A DNA stretch of 63,974 nucleotides, filler included, from Myxococcota bacterium (lineage in GTDB: Bacteria; Myxococcota; Myxococcia; Myxococcales; Myxococcaceae): assembly GCA_049322255.1 (NCBI GenBank). It is 4 parts of 4 records of this genome, joined end to end, with 100 filler letters (N's around TTAATTAATTAA, not from the genome) between each part and the next. Parts side by side here need not be neighbours in the genome. Positions count along the whole stretch, not along the records: positions 1 to 19,455 come from JBMORE010000079.1; positions 19,556 to 38,710 come from JBMORE010000081.1; 2 more parts are not named here. The stretch is one strand, 5' to 3'. The notes below the pieces were generated by a model that was not told the DNA's origin, did not search any database, and worked only from the letters and a program-made list of their open reading frames with translations. Within the stretch, counting starts at the first letter, position 1; each line of letters begins with the position of its first letter. The translations under genes were made by a program, and so were the position numbers. This document shows, piece by piece, positions 19,330 to 28,626 of this stretch.

Positions 19330-19455
19330 TGTTGTAGCTCAGCGATAACTTCCGAGTAACTGCTCAGCGAAAACTTCCGGTCTCCGAAGTGGCAACCGGG
19401 AGGGATGAAATTGAGCAGCCGGGAGTGGAAGCGATTGGATGCAGTTGAACGGGTA
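19330..19455 (+). mobile_element. Left end of IS1202-like (ISNCY) element with transposase start
   Basis: Starts TGT; two subterminal repeats GCTCAGCGA(T/A)AACTTCCG; ATG at 19405 MKLSSREWKRLDAVERV; near-identical copy at 38811-38988. Confidence 0.75.
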
Positions 19456-19555
19456 NNNNNNNNNNNNNNNNNNNNNNNNNNNNNNNNNNNNNNNNNNNNT
19501 TAATTAATTAANNNNNNNNNNNNNNNNNNNNNNNNNNNNNNNNNNNNNNNNNNNN
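19456..19555. other. Artificial contig spacer
   Basis: N-run flanking TTAATTAATTAA. Confidence 0.99.
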
Positions 19556-19727
19556 CGGTGCCCAGAATGAGGCTCTGCGAAAGGTCGTGGGGGTGGAGCC
19601 AAATCGCCGGGTCGTGCAGCGACTGTCCCGCGGTGGGCACCGGCTGGGTTTCGCCCGTGGCCAACACCGGGGCTTGCGCCCACGAGGCGCCCACCCAAAG
19701 ACCAACAGCCCAGAGAACAGCTCTCAC
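19556..19727 (-). CDS. Beta-propeller phytase-like protein, N-terminal fragment (truncated by contig end)
   Basis: Signal peptide then ETQPV...HDPAIWLHPHDLSQSLILGT, matching the phytase DDPAIWVHP motif. Confidence 0.75.
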
Positions 19728-19786
19728 GCGCCCACAATGACTTCGGTGAGCGTGGCGGGCAAGCGGGCGAGGGGCGAAACGTCGAC

Positions 19787-21343
19787 TTACGCCACCTTCT
19801 GCGCCGGAATGCGCGGGGCGGGAGCGATCTTCTCCACCGAGCGGACGAACCCGAGCGGGGTGAGCAGGTCCGCGGGCACCAGCGCGGCATACTTGCCCAT
19901 CTGCTCCTTGATGGCAGTGAAGAAGAAGGTGGGCGGAACCTCGCTCTCGCCCCGGGCGAAGGCAGAAAACTCGCGGTCCTCGTCGAGCTGACGGCGCATG
20001 TAGCGGTAGTGCGAAAGGCGCCCGCGCCCTTCTGAGAGCGCACGGCCGAAGTTGATCGCCTTCACCGCCCATCTCCGGTTGGCCCAGGCGCGCCGCCACA
20101 GCGCTCCCCACGACCAGGTGTGCTCCATCAAGTCGATCAGCCGGTCGTAGTACTCGGTGGGCGAGTAGTTCTTCAGCCGCACGTTGATGGCGAAGTTGTT
20201 GTCGAGCAGCGGGTATGGCACCTTGGTCACCCGGTTGGCCGCCGCCAAGTCGGCGCTCATCGGGGCGTTCTGGAAATCGGAGATGAGCGAGTAGCCGGGG
20301 AAGGCGCCTGGAGCCAAGTCGACGAACTGCTTGGTCAAGCGCCAGGGCTCCTCGCCCACGTCGCTGTCCAGACCAATGACGAAGTTGGTCTGCACGCAAG
20401 GGATGTACGACATGATGAGGTTCACGTGCTCGGCGACGTGCTTCACCTTCGCCTCGCCAAAGACCTTCCCCGCACCACCTTTGGCGTCGCACTCGTACCA
20501 AGACTCGATGCCCGGGAGCATCGCCACGAAGTTGGCCTTCTTCAGCGCCTGAAGGTTCGATTCCTTGAGCAAAGAAAGGCTGCTCTCCGCCACGTGCATC
20601 AGCTGCGTGCCCGAGGCCTCGATGGCGCCCATGTAGTCGCGGAAGCGCACTCCGAAGTTGGGGTCGTGCCAGCCGACGACGGTGTTTTTCCCGTAACGCT
20701 CCTGGGCAAAACGCAGGTCGTCGACCAGGACGTCGAAGGGCATCGGTTTGTACGGAATGGGCGCGTCGATGCAAAAGCCGCAGGTGTAAGGACAGCCCAG
20801 GCTCCCCAGCATCGGCACCACCCGAAAGAGCGAGGTGCCCTTGTTCATGCCGACGTCGATGAAGCGCGCCCGCGCGCGCACCCCCGGCAGCGAGCCCGGC
20901 TGCCCCTTCGCTCCCAACACCACTCCGCGCTCCTGGCGTGACAACCCTTGGAACAAGCCTTGGATGAGCGGCTTGTCGGTGAGCAGGCACACGTAGTCGA
21001 AGTACTCACGGGCGTGCTCGGGGAAGGAGCGCGCGTGCGGCCCGCCCAGCACGGTGACGACGCCCTTTTTGCGGTAGGCGGCGGACAGACCGTAGGCCAA
21101 AAAGGAGCTGCGGCTGAAACAGGAGAGGAAGAGCACGTCGAGGCCTTCGGGCAAACAGCGCTCCAGGTCCTCGCGGCCGGTGAAGGTCTCGTAGAAGACG
21201 TCGTGGCCCAGCTCCTCCGCCCACACCCCGACGCACTGCGGGGTGATGGAGGCGAAGTTCGGCGCCATCACGTGGCTTTGGAACCACGGCTCGTTGGGCG
21301 TGTTGGTGAGAAGATCGAGTATGCCGACCTTGAGTCGCTTCAT
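19787..21343 (-). CDS. B12-binding radical SAM protein
   Basis: TVLGGPHA cobalamin-domain motif; CPYTCGFC; TNFVIGLDSD. Confidence 0.9.
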   Translation of the reverse strand: MKRLKVGILDLLTNTPNEPWFQSHVMAPNFASITPQCVGVWAEELGHDVFYETFTGREDLERCLPEGLDVLFLSCFSRSSFLAYGLSAAYRKKGVVTVLGGPHARSFPEHAREYFDYVCLLTDKPLIQGLFQGLSRQERGVVLGAKGQPGSLPGVRARARFIDVGMNKGTSLFRVVPMLGSLGCPYTCGFCIDAPIPYKPMPFDVLVDDLRFAQERYGKNTVVGWHDPNFGVRFRDYMGAIEASGTQLMHVAESSLSLLKESNLQALKKANFVAMLPGIESWYECDAKGGAGKVFGEAKVKHVAEHVNLIMSYIPCVQTNFVIGLDSDVGEEPWRLTKQFVDLAPGAFPGYSLISDFQNAPMSADLAAANRVTKVPYPLLDNNFAINVRLKNYSPTEYYDRLIDLMEHTWSWGALWRRAWANRRWAVKAINFGRALSEGRGRLSHYRYMRRQLDEDREFSAFARGESEVPPTFFFTAIKEQMGKYAALVPADLLTPLGFVRSVEKIAPAPRIPAQKVA

Positions 21344-21442
21344 TCCGGCCCCACAAGCGCTCGCTTGGCGCGCAATTGGCCGGGGAGCCCCCCAACCGTT
21401 GAGCGGGCCACAATCCATCATCCTGATGCGATTGGCAAACGC

Positions 21443-22534
21443 TCAGCGCAAAACGTTTCGGTAGACCTCGAGGGTCTTTTCGGCGGTGCGCTGCCAGGTG
21501 AACTGTCGCGCGCGTTCCTTTCCCTTCTGCGCGAGCGCGTACGCCTCGTTCCGGGAGGAGAGAAGCCGCTCGATGGCCGCCGCCCACGAGGCAGCGTCGC
21601 CGGCGTCGACATGCACCGCGGCGTCACCGCACACCTCGGGGAGCGCACCGGCGTTGGAGACGATGGTGGGGACCCCCAAGGACATCGCCTCCAACGGAGG
21701 CAAGCCAAAGCCTTCGTAGCGCGAGGGGAAGACGAAGACCGCGGCGCGGCGCATGAGCTCGTAGAAGACCGGCTCGCCCTGGTAGCCCAAGGGGCGCACG
21801 TCGTAGCCGTCGGCGCGCAGTTCTGCGATGCGCTGCTCGGTGGGCCCGGCGCCAAACCAGCTTTGGCCGACCAGCACCAGCGTTCGCTCTTTCCCCAGAC
21901 GCAAAAGGGCGTCGAGGACGATGCCCACGTTCTTTCGCGCGTCGAGCGAGCCGGCGTAGAGGACGTAGCGTTCGGGGAGCGTCAGCGCGCGCAAGTAGGC
22001 CTCGCTGGTGGCGTCGAGCGCCGGCACCCGCCCGACGTGGTCGACCCCGTGGTGCACCACGCTCACCTGGTCCACGCCGACATCGAAGCGGGAGAGCAGG
22101 TCCTCCCGGGTGCGCTGGCTGACGCAGATGACGTGATCGGCCACCTGGAGCGAGCGGGAAAGCCACAGCCGAAACTGCCAGCGAAAGCCGGCGGACACCG
22201 TGTCGGGGAAGAGGTCGGGGATGAGATCGTGTACGGTGAGGACGAGCCGTTTCCCCCGCGGCCGGACGAGCGGGAGGTTGAAGTTGCCCAGCGCGTGGTA
22301 GAGCGGCGCGTCGATGCGCGAAAGAACGCCGGGGAGCTTGCCGAAGGTGAAGGCGGTGCGGCCCATGCCCCCGCGAGGGTGCTCCCCCGAGAAACGCGCC
22401 CCCACGCGCGTGACGGAAACCCCGAGCGACTGGAGCGCTCCGGTGAGCTGCCGGGTGTAGAGCCCGATTCCGGTGGTCGGCTCGTCCCACAAGGAGGCGT
22501 CGAGCACCACCCGTTCGCCCAAAGCCGCTTGCAC
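21443..22534 (-). CDS. Glycosyltransferase family 4
   Basis: TVHDLIP, RKN, FVFPSRYEGFGLPPLEAM. Confidence 0.95.
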   Translation of the reverse strand: MQAALGERVVLDASLWDEPTTGIGLYTRQLTGALQSLGVSVTRVGARFSGEHPRGGMGRTAFTFGKLPGVLSRIDAPLYHALGNFNLPLVRPRGKRLVLTVHDLIPDLFPDTVSAGFRWQFRLWLSRSLQVADHVICVSQRTREDLLSRFDVGVDQVSVVHHGVDHVGRVPALDATSEAYLRALTLPERYVLYAGSLDARKNVGIVLDALLRLGKERTLVLVGQSWFGAGPTEQRIAELRADGYDVRPLGYQGEPVFYELMRRAAVFVFPSRYEGFGLPPLEAMSLGVPTIVSNAGALPEVCGDAAVHVDAGDAASWAAAIERLLSSRNEAYALAQKGKERARQFTWQRTAEKTLEVYRNVLR

Positions 22535-22625
22535 GCCGAAAGCTATACCGCGCTGGCCGAGGCACCGTTGCGCTTTTTCGAGACCAGAGGCGACGGTTCG
22601 AACGCCTCGGTGCTAGATTTTCAGC

Positions 22626-22946
22626 GTGAACGAGAGAACACGTCAGTACGTCGCCCGACTGGACGAGGCGCGACGGCGCCCCCTCGCCGAACAGCTCGAG
22701 GACGACATCGCTCCCTACCGCGGGCTCACCTCGAAGCAACGGGCTGAGACGGTGGAGGCGGTCTGCCGGGCGGCATGGGAGATTCTCCGTGCCCGCCCCG
22801 ATTTCGAAAGAGCCATTCGTTATCGAGATCCTGAGGCGCCGGATTTTAGAGAGAAATGGCGGAATCTGATGGCACGTCGACGAGCGGAGCTCCGGTCACG
22901 GGGTCACAATGGTGGATGTCAACCAGACGGTCCGCGCGATCGCTGA
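22626..22946 (+). CDS. Small helical protein, putative antitoxin of the downstream nucleotidyltransferase
   Basis: Charged helical ORF overlapping the NTase start; TG-n-TAGATT -10 element 6 nt upstream. Confidence 0.55.
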   Translation: MNERTRQYVARLDEARRRPLAEQLEDDIAPYRGLTSKQRAETVEAVCRAAWEILRARPDFERAIRYRDPEAPDFREKWRNLMARRRAELRSRGHNGGCQPDGPRDR

Positions 22947-23456
22947 CGCCCTCGACGTGGCGGGGATTCCCTACGCCGTCGGCGGTGCCATCGCATACGG
23001 CTACTGGGGCGCGGCTCGAGGAACGAAGGACGTCGACTTGAACGTCTTCGTTCCCAACGACGACATCGGACAGGCCTTAAGCGTGCTCGGGGCGGCCGGC
23101 CTGAAAATCGACCGAGGAGCGGCCATCGAATCAGCCAAAGAGCGCGGGGATGGCTCGGGGACATCCCCGTCGACCTCTTCTTCGATTCGATTCCGCTCCA
23201 CGCGAGTGCCGCAAAGCGGGTCGTGACCGTCGAGCTACTGGGACGACCAATCAAGATCCTCTCGGCCGAAGACAGCGCCGTGCTCAAGTTGCTGTTCAAT
23301 CGACCGAAGGATCTCCTCGACGTCGAACGGCTCGTCGCCTTGCAAGGAGGAAACCTCAACCGCGACTATGTGCGTCGGTGGCTCGTTGATTCGGTGGGTG
23401 AACAAGACTCTCGGGTCGAAAAGTGGGACGCGCTGTGCGCGCAGCTTCCCCTCTGA
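22909..23456 (+). pseudogene. Nucleotidyltransferase-fold protein, frameshifted near 23150
   Basis: GGAIA..RGTKDVD in one frame; WLGDIPVDLFF...SAEDSAVLKLLFNRPKDLLDV continues in another frame. Confidence 0.75.
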
Positions 23457-23561
23457 GGGCCCTCCCCCCCCCGAAGGGCTCCTCGTTGCCGGCACGCCGG
23501 TCCTCCATCGGGGCGGGCACTCTGAGAAAGCCCCGAACGGTCCACGCCCAACCCGACCCAG

Positions 23562-24329
23562 GCGCTTCAAGGGGGGCACGTTCTCATCGTCAAATCAGGC
23601 ATCTACGAGGCGACTGGCACAGGCGAACACTACGACCCCGCCTTGTACCCGGTGAGCTCCGGCACGGCAGGAGCGCCCATCGTGCTCAAGGCCGTGGGCA
23701 ACGTCACCATTCGCCCATCGGTCGCGTACTCGGGAGTCGTTCGTGCGGCGACGGCATCCACCGTCCAACTGGATACCAGCGCCTCCTCAACCAATGACAC
23801 CTACGCCGACTACGCCATTCGCATCGTCGAGGGCACGGGCGCAGGGCAGCACCGGAAGATTGCTCAACAACAACTGCCCGGGCAGCCGTACGTCGGCGCT
23901 GGCTCATATGACGGAGCCAGCCAAACCGCGACGCTGCAAGTGCCGTGGACGACGGTGCCCGATTCGACCTCGCGCTTCATCCTCACCCGGCCCGGGCCGC
24001 TCATTGGTGCGCTGAACCGAAACCACGTCGTGTGGGACGGCTTTCGCATCCTCGAGGGTGACAGCTACGCCGCGGACACCGGGTCGGTCGTCGTCTGGGG
24101 CTCTCAGAACACGACGCTGCTTCAGCTGGACATCGTGGGCACGGCCCTTGCCGCGCACTTCGACAACCACAACGGGGTCCGCGTGGAAAACTCCAGCGAT
24201 TTCGTGATTCGCAACTGCGTCATCGGCGAGCTCCTTTCGGCTCATCCCTTCAGCTCGCCGCTGAACAACCCCCAAAACGAAGCCGCCATCCAGCCGGGCC
24301 AACGTCGAGCGACCCCTCAGAAAGCATGA
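23562..24329 (+). pseudogene. Internal fragment of a right-handed beta-helix (pectin-lyase-like) secreted protein
   Basis: ALQGGHVLIVKSGIY..SGTAGAPIVLKA..HVVWDGFRI..FVIRNCVI; no proper start or signal peptide, abrupt end. Confidence 0.55.
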
Positions 24330-24367
24330 CCTATCGCCCTGCGGCAGGCCAAGCGGAATTGTGCGCC

Positions 24368-24396
24368 TTGACCAGGTGACCACCGGTAACTACCAT
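24368..24396 (+). promoter_or_regulatory. sigma70-type promoter with operator for vapBC #2
   Basis: TTGACC-N17-TACCAT, 8 nt before ATG; GTGACCAC and GTAACTAC boxes. Confidence 0.7.
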
Positions 24397-24404
24397 TTCA
24401 GAGA

Positions 24405-24713
24405 ATGAAGGCGGTGGGCATCAAGCAGCTCAAGGCGCGGCTCTCGGAGTACGTGCGTCTGGTGAAGTCGGGCGAGACCGTCTTGGTGACGGAGCGTGAC
24501 GAGGTGGTGGCCGAGCTCCGGCCAGCCCACCGGCAGGCACACCGTGCGCAGACACTGGAGGAAACCCTCGACGCTCTTGCCGACGCCAAAGAAATCACCC
24601 GCCCCAGCGTCTCCAAGAAAGGTTGGATCTGGAAAGCCAAAGGGCTCGGGCTCCCAGCGGGCACCGCCCGTGCGCTGCTCGACGAGCTTCGCGCCGAGGG
24701 CGACAAGGAGTAG
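24405..24713 (+). CDS. Phd/YefM family antitoxin
   Basis: MKAVGIKQLKARLSEYVRLVKSGETVLVTERDEVVAEL; paralog of 5727-6020. Confidence 0.9.
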   Translation: MKAVGIKQLKARLSEYVRLVKSGETVLVTERDEVVAELRPAHRQAHRAQTLEETLDALADAKEITRPSVSKKGWIWKAKGLGLPAGTARALLDELRAEGDKE

Positions 24714-24715
24714 GG

Positions 24716-25126
24716 ATGAAGCGCTGTCTCTACCTGGACACCTCGGCCGTGCTGCGCGCGACCCTGGAGACAGGCACCAGCCCGGAGCTGGAGGCGCGCA
24801 TTGGCGAAGCAGACGTGCTCGTCACCTCGCGGCTTTCGCTCGTCGAGACCGCCCGGGCCTTTCTCCGCGCCCGACAGCGATTCGACCTGCCTGAGGCGCG
24901 CCTCGTCGCGGCGGAGAAGGACGCCGATGCGGTCTGGGCACGCTGCAACATCTGGGAGCTCACTCCCACGGTATGCGAAGCAGCCTGCCGGGTAGCGCCA
25001 AGGAAGGCACTCCGCTCGCTGGATGCGCTCCACCTGGCGACTTTCCTCGCCGCCCGTGAGCGCATCGACGGGTTGGAGCTGCTCAGCGCTGACGAGCGTC
25101 TGCTCGACGCGTCCGGCACGGTCTGA
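24716..25126 (+). CDS. VapC family PIN-domain toxin
   Basis: YLDTSAV, SRLSLVE, LRSLDALHLAT, SADERL. Confidence 0.9.
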   Translation: MKRCLYLDTSAVLRATLETGTSPELEARIGEADVLVTSRLSLVETARAFLRARQRFDLPEARLVAAEKDADAVWARCNIWELTPTVCEAACRVAPRKALRSLDALHLATFLAARERIDGLELLSADERLLDASGTV

Positions 25127-25153
25127 ACGCTCAGTGCTATACCCGCCGCTTCG

Positions 25154-27394
25154 ATGGCGGTTCACCAGCTCGTGCCCAACTTCGTGCCTGGCGATGCCAT
25201 GGGCCAAGCCGCGCTCCACTGCCGCCTGCTCTTGCGCAGGCTGGGACACGCGGGGGAGCTGTACGCCGCTGAGGTCGCTCCCGAGCTGGCCTCGCTGGTG
25301 CGGTCGGCCAACGAGCTTCGACCCGCGCCCGACGACTTGGTGCTCTACCACCACGGCATCGCTTCGCCTCTGGCCGGAAGGCTGCTCCACCTGCCCTGCA
25401 AGAAGGGCGTGGTGTTCCACAACATCAGCCCTCCCTGGTTCTACGAGCGCACCCCACTGCACGAAGCGCTCGTCTCCGGGCGCGCCCAGCTGGCGGCGAT
25501 GGCTGAGCACGCCGACCTCGCCATCGGGGTCTCCCGCTTCAACGCCGAGGAGTTGGTGGCTGCGGGCTTCCGTGAAGTCCACGTGGTGCCGCTGTTCGTC
25601 GAGCCGGGGCGGTTCGCTCCTTCGCTCGCCGACCCCCAGCTGATGCGCCGGCTTGGCCGCTGTGCCCCCTACCTGCTCGCTGTCAGCCGGGTGGTGGCGC
25701 ACAAGCGGGTGGAGGACTTGCTCGCCCTCCACCGCGAGCTGCGACGCCTCGAGCCGGATGCGCACCTGGTGGTCGTCGGCGGGCTCGCCCGGGGCGACGC
25801 CTATTTCCGTAGGCTCCAACGAGAAGCGGAGGAAGCAGGAAACGTGCTCTTCCTCGGGAAGGTGACGCACGCCGAGCTGGTCGCCGCCTATCGGGGCGCG
25901 GGTGCGTTCGTCTCGATGAGCGAGCACGAGGGGTTCGGCGTGCCGCTGGTCGAAGCCTTCGCTGCCGAGGTCCCGGTGCTGGCCTTCGCCGCCGCCGCCG
26001 TGCCCGAAACCCTCGGCGGCCGCGGAGTGGCCTTCGACGAGAAGCGCTTCGCCTACCTGGCGGAAGTCGCGCAGGCGCTGATGACGGACGTCAGGCTGCG
26101 CGGGCAGGTCGTCGAGGGGCAAAAGGAGAGGTTGAAGGAGCTTTCGGCGGCAGGGGTCACTGAGGCCCTGGGGAAGGCGATCGAGTCGGTCTGCCATCGC
26201 CCCTCACCCCTACCCTCTCCCAAAGGGAGAGGGAGGCCGAGGGTGGCGCTGGTGGTGCAACGGTACGGAGAGGACATCACTGGTGGTGCCGAGGCTCACG
26301 CCCGCCAGGTGGCGCATCGGCTGGCCACGCATTTTCATGTCACGGTGCTCACCTCCTGCGCCAAAGACCATCTGACGTGGGCGAACGAGCTGCCCGTGGG
26401 AAAGGACCGCGACGGCCCGGTGAACGTCGTACGCTTCGCAGCCGCACGCGAGCGGCGCATCCGCCCCTTCAATCAACTCTCACGCCAGGTGTTCGGCAAG
26501 GCCAACGACCGCCTCGCCGAGGAGCACTGGGTCGCCGCCCAGGGCCCCTTGCTCCCGGAGCTGTTGGAGCATCTCTCCCGCGAGCCTTACGACGGCGTGG
26601 TGCTCTTCACCTACCTGTACGCGCCCACGGTGTGGGGGTTGCCGTTGGTGTCCAAGCGCGCGTTGCTGGTGCCCACCGCGCACGACGAACCCCCACTGTG
26701 GATGGGGGTGTACGACGACGTCTTCACCCTCCCGCGGGCGCTCTTGTGCAACACCCCCGAGGAGCTGGCCCTCATCGAGCGCCGCTGCCCGCAGCATGCC
26801 CGAGCGCGGGTGGTGGGCGTGGGGGTCGAGGTGCCCAAAACCCGCCCGAGCCGTTTTCGGGAGAAGTACGGCCTCGACCAGCCCTACCTCATGTACGTGG
26901 GCCGGGTGGAGGAAGGAAAAGGCGTGGGCGAGCTGCTCGCGCACCATGCGGCGCTGCGTGAGCGCTTCCACGACGCGCCGATGCTGGTCTTGGCGGGCGC
27001 CGCGAGCATGGAAGTGCGGGGCGACGGAGTGCGTTACCTCGGCCGCATCAGCGAGCAGGACAAGTACGACGGGCTGGCAGGAGCGCTCGCCGCGGTGGTG
27101 CCCTCGCGCTACGAGAGCCTGTCCTTGCTCGCGCTCGAGGCCTTCGCCTGCGGCACCCCGGTGCTGGGCAACGGCGCCTCCGAGGTGGTGGCCGGCCAGC
27201 TGGCGCGCTCCCAAGCAGGGATGGTTTACAACGACCGCGCCTCGTTCGTGGCAGGGGTGCGCCGCCTCGGCGAGGAGAGGGAGGCGCTGGGCGCGCGTGC
27301 CTTACGCTTCGCCGCCCAGCACAGTTGGGAGAAGGTCATCGACATCTACCGCGAGGAGCTCGGCCGCATCCTCGAAGACCGGAGGCACCCATGA
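25154..27394 (+). CDS. Tandem two-domain GT4 glycosyltransferase
   Basis: SEHEGFGVPLVEA and PSRYESLSLLALEA motifs in two GT-B units. Confidence 0.92.
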   Translation: MAVHQLVPNFVPGDAMGQAALHCRLLLRRLGHAGELYAAEVAPELASLVRSANELRPAPDDLVLYHHGIASPLAGRLLHLPCKKGVVFHNISPPWFYERTPLHEALVSGRAQLAAMAEHADLAIGVSRFNAEELVAAGFREVHVVPLFVEPGRFAPSLADPQLMRRLGRCAPYLLAVSRVVAHKRVEDLLALHRELRRLEPDAHLVVVGGLARGDAYFRRLQREAEEAGNVLFLGKVTHAELVAAYRGAGAFVSMSEHEGFGVPLVEAFAAEVPVLAFAAAAVPETLGGRGVAFDEKRFAYLAEVAQALMTDVRLRGQVVEGQKERLKELSAAGVTEALGKAIESVCHRPSPLPSPKGRGRPRVALVVQRYGEDITGGAEAHARQVAHRLATHFHVTVLTSCAKDHLTWANELPVGKDRDGPVNVVRFAAARERRIRPFNQLSRQVFGKANDRLAEEHWVAAQGPLLPELLEHLSREPYDGVVLFTYLYAPTVWGLPLVSKRALLVPTAHDEPPLWMGVYDDVFTLPRALLCNTPEELALIERRCPQHARARVVGVGVEVPKTRPSRFREKYGLDQPYLMYVGRVEEGKGVGELLAHHAALRERFHDAPMLVLAGAASMEVRGDGVRYLGRISEQDKYDGLAGALAAVVPSRYESLSLLALEAFACGTPVLGNGASEVVAGQLARSQAGMVYNDRASFVAGVRRLGEEREALGARALRFAAQHSWEKVIDIYREELGRILEDRRHP
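26201..26233 (+). repeat. REP-like palindromic element, in frame within the GT linker
   Basis: CCCTCACCCCTACCCTCTCCC-AAA-GGGAGAGGG (33 bp, PSPLPSPKGRG); second copy at 46744-46777. Confidence 0.75.
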
Positions 27395-27810
27395 AGCTCA
27401 TCGGCAAAGACATTCCGGCGGCGTTCCTCTCGCGCATCGAGGAGCGCCTGCGCGCGCGCGGCCTGGCGGAGCCGACGGTGAACGCGATTCGCCTCGACGG
27501 TATCGAGCCGCGCGTCGACCCGTTGTCGTTCAACCTCTCGGCGCTGGAGGAGCACGCCGACGCCACCCGCCCCTTGCCGCTCGTCTCCCACCGCTTCGGG
27601 GTCGGTCGCGCCGTGCTCTTGGCCAAGTGGGCCTTCCGTAAGAGCTGCCAGGTGTTGATCAACGAGGCGCTCTCGCGGCAGAAGCTCTTCAACGGCCATG
27701 TGCGCGACTCGTACGCGCAGCTGGCCGCCGAAGTGCTTCGCCTCCGCCGGGAGGTCGATGAGCTGCGCGCGCGGCCCGCGAAGAAGCCGCGCCGTAACCA
27801 GGGAATGTGA
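27391..27810 (+). CDS. Small amphipathic-helix/coiled-coil protein of the glycan locus
   Basis: ATGA coupling to the GT; KWAFRK..RQKLFN..coiled coil. Confidence 0.75.
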   Translation: MKLIGKDIPAAFLSRIEERLRARGLAEPTVNAIRLDGIEPRVDPLSFNLSALEEHADATRPLPLVSHRFGVGRAVLLAKWAFRKSCQVLINEALSRQKLFNGHVRDSYAQLAAEVLRLRREVDELRARPAKKPRRNQGM

Positions 27811-27903
27811 CGCCCCACCCCGTTCTCGCCCCAAGGCTGCGAAAACAAACGGGATTTGGACGCCCAAGAACTTCTCTCAAAGCTGCGCGTTCTGTAGCCC
27901 CCG

Positions 27904-28626
27904 ATGCGCACCGTGCGGCGGCTCCTCGTGTTCCTCACGCCTTTGGCCTTGCTGACCATGGCGCTGGGCTCCATCGCCATCACCGCGGCGAGCGTCGTCT
28001 ACTTCGACGAGGACGAGCTGGCTCCCTTCGTCATCGAGAAGCTGCCGCTGCCGCTCGAAGACGTTTGGCTGGTGGCGCTGCAGGTCCACGTCGTCTCCGC
28101 GGCTTTCGCCCTGCCGGCCTGTTTGCTTTTGCTCTCAAAGACGCTGCTGCGGCGCACACCGGGGCTGCACCGTTGGCTGGGGCGCATGACGGGAGGCGTC
28201 GGGTTGCTCGCGCTCGCTCCCTCGGGCTTCTACCTCTCGCTCTTCGCCAAGGGAGGCTTGCTCTCGACGCTGGGCTTCATGCTGTCCGGGGTCATCGTCG
28301 TGGTCGCCATGGTTCAGGGCGTGCGCACGGCGCGCCAAGGACAGCACGCTGCCCACCGCCGCTGTTCGCTGCACGTGCTGGCGCAGCTCAGCGTCGCCGT
28401 GACCTCACGGGCGATGTTGTTTCTCTTCGACGCCGTCAACGTCGATGCCGACACCGCCTACCTCATCAGCCTGTGGCTGCCCGTCGTCGGCAGCGCGGGC
28501 GCCGTCGAGCTCTTGGTGTCGCGAACGAATCCACTGACTCTTTCTTGGAGGAACCATGAAGCGCACTCTGGCACTCGCCTCGCTCCTCATCACTCCCCTG
28601 GTCTCCGCGACGCCGCCGGCGTCTGA
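27904..28626 (+). CDS. DUF2306-like membrane protein
   Basis: HVVSAAFAL, LHRWLGR, AHRR..AVTSR motifs with TM helices. Confidence 0.8.
   Translation: MRTVRRLLVFLTPLALLTMALGSIAITAASVVYFDEDELAPFVIEKLPLPLEDVWLVALQVHVVSAAFALPACLLLLSKTLLRRTPGLHRWLGRMTGGVGLLALAPSGFYLSLFAKGGLLSTLGFMLSGVIVVVAMVQGVRTARQGQHAAHRRCSLHVLAQLSVAVTSRAMLFLFDAVNVDADTAYLISLWLPVVGSAGAVELLVSRTNPLTLSWRNHEAHSGTRLAPHHSPGLRDAAGV

Noticed and set aside
19337..19379. Short direct repeats here and at 38591-38637 as a mini-CRISPR
   Set aside because: Only two units with 3-7 bp spacers and no cas genes; better explained as transposase-binding repeats
19456..19555. TTAATTAATTAA palindrome repeated three times (also 38711-38810, 57740-57839)
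   Set aside because: Artificial six-frame-stop linker inside N-runs joining contigs; not biological
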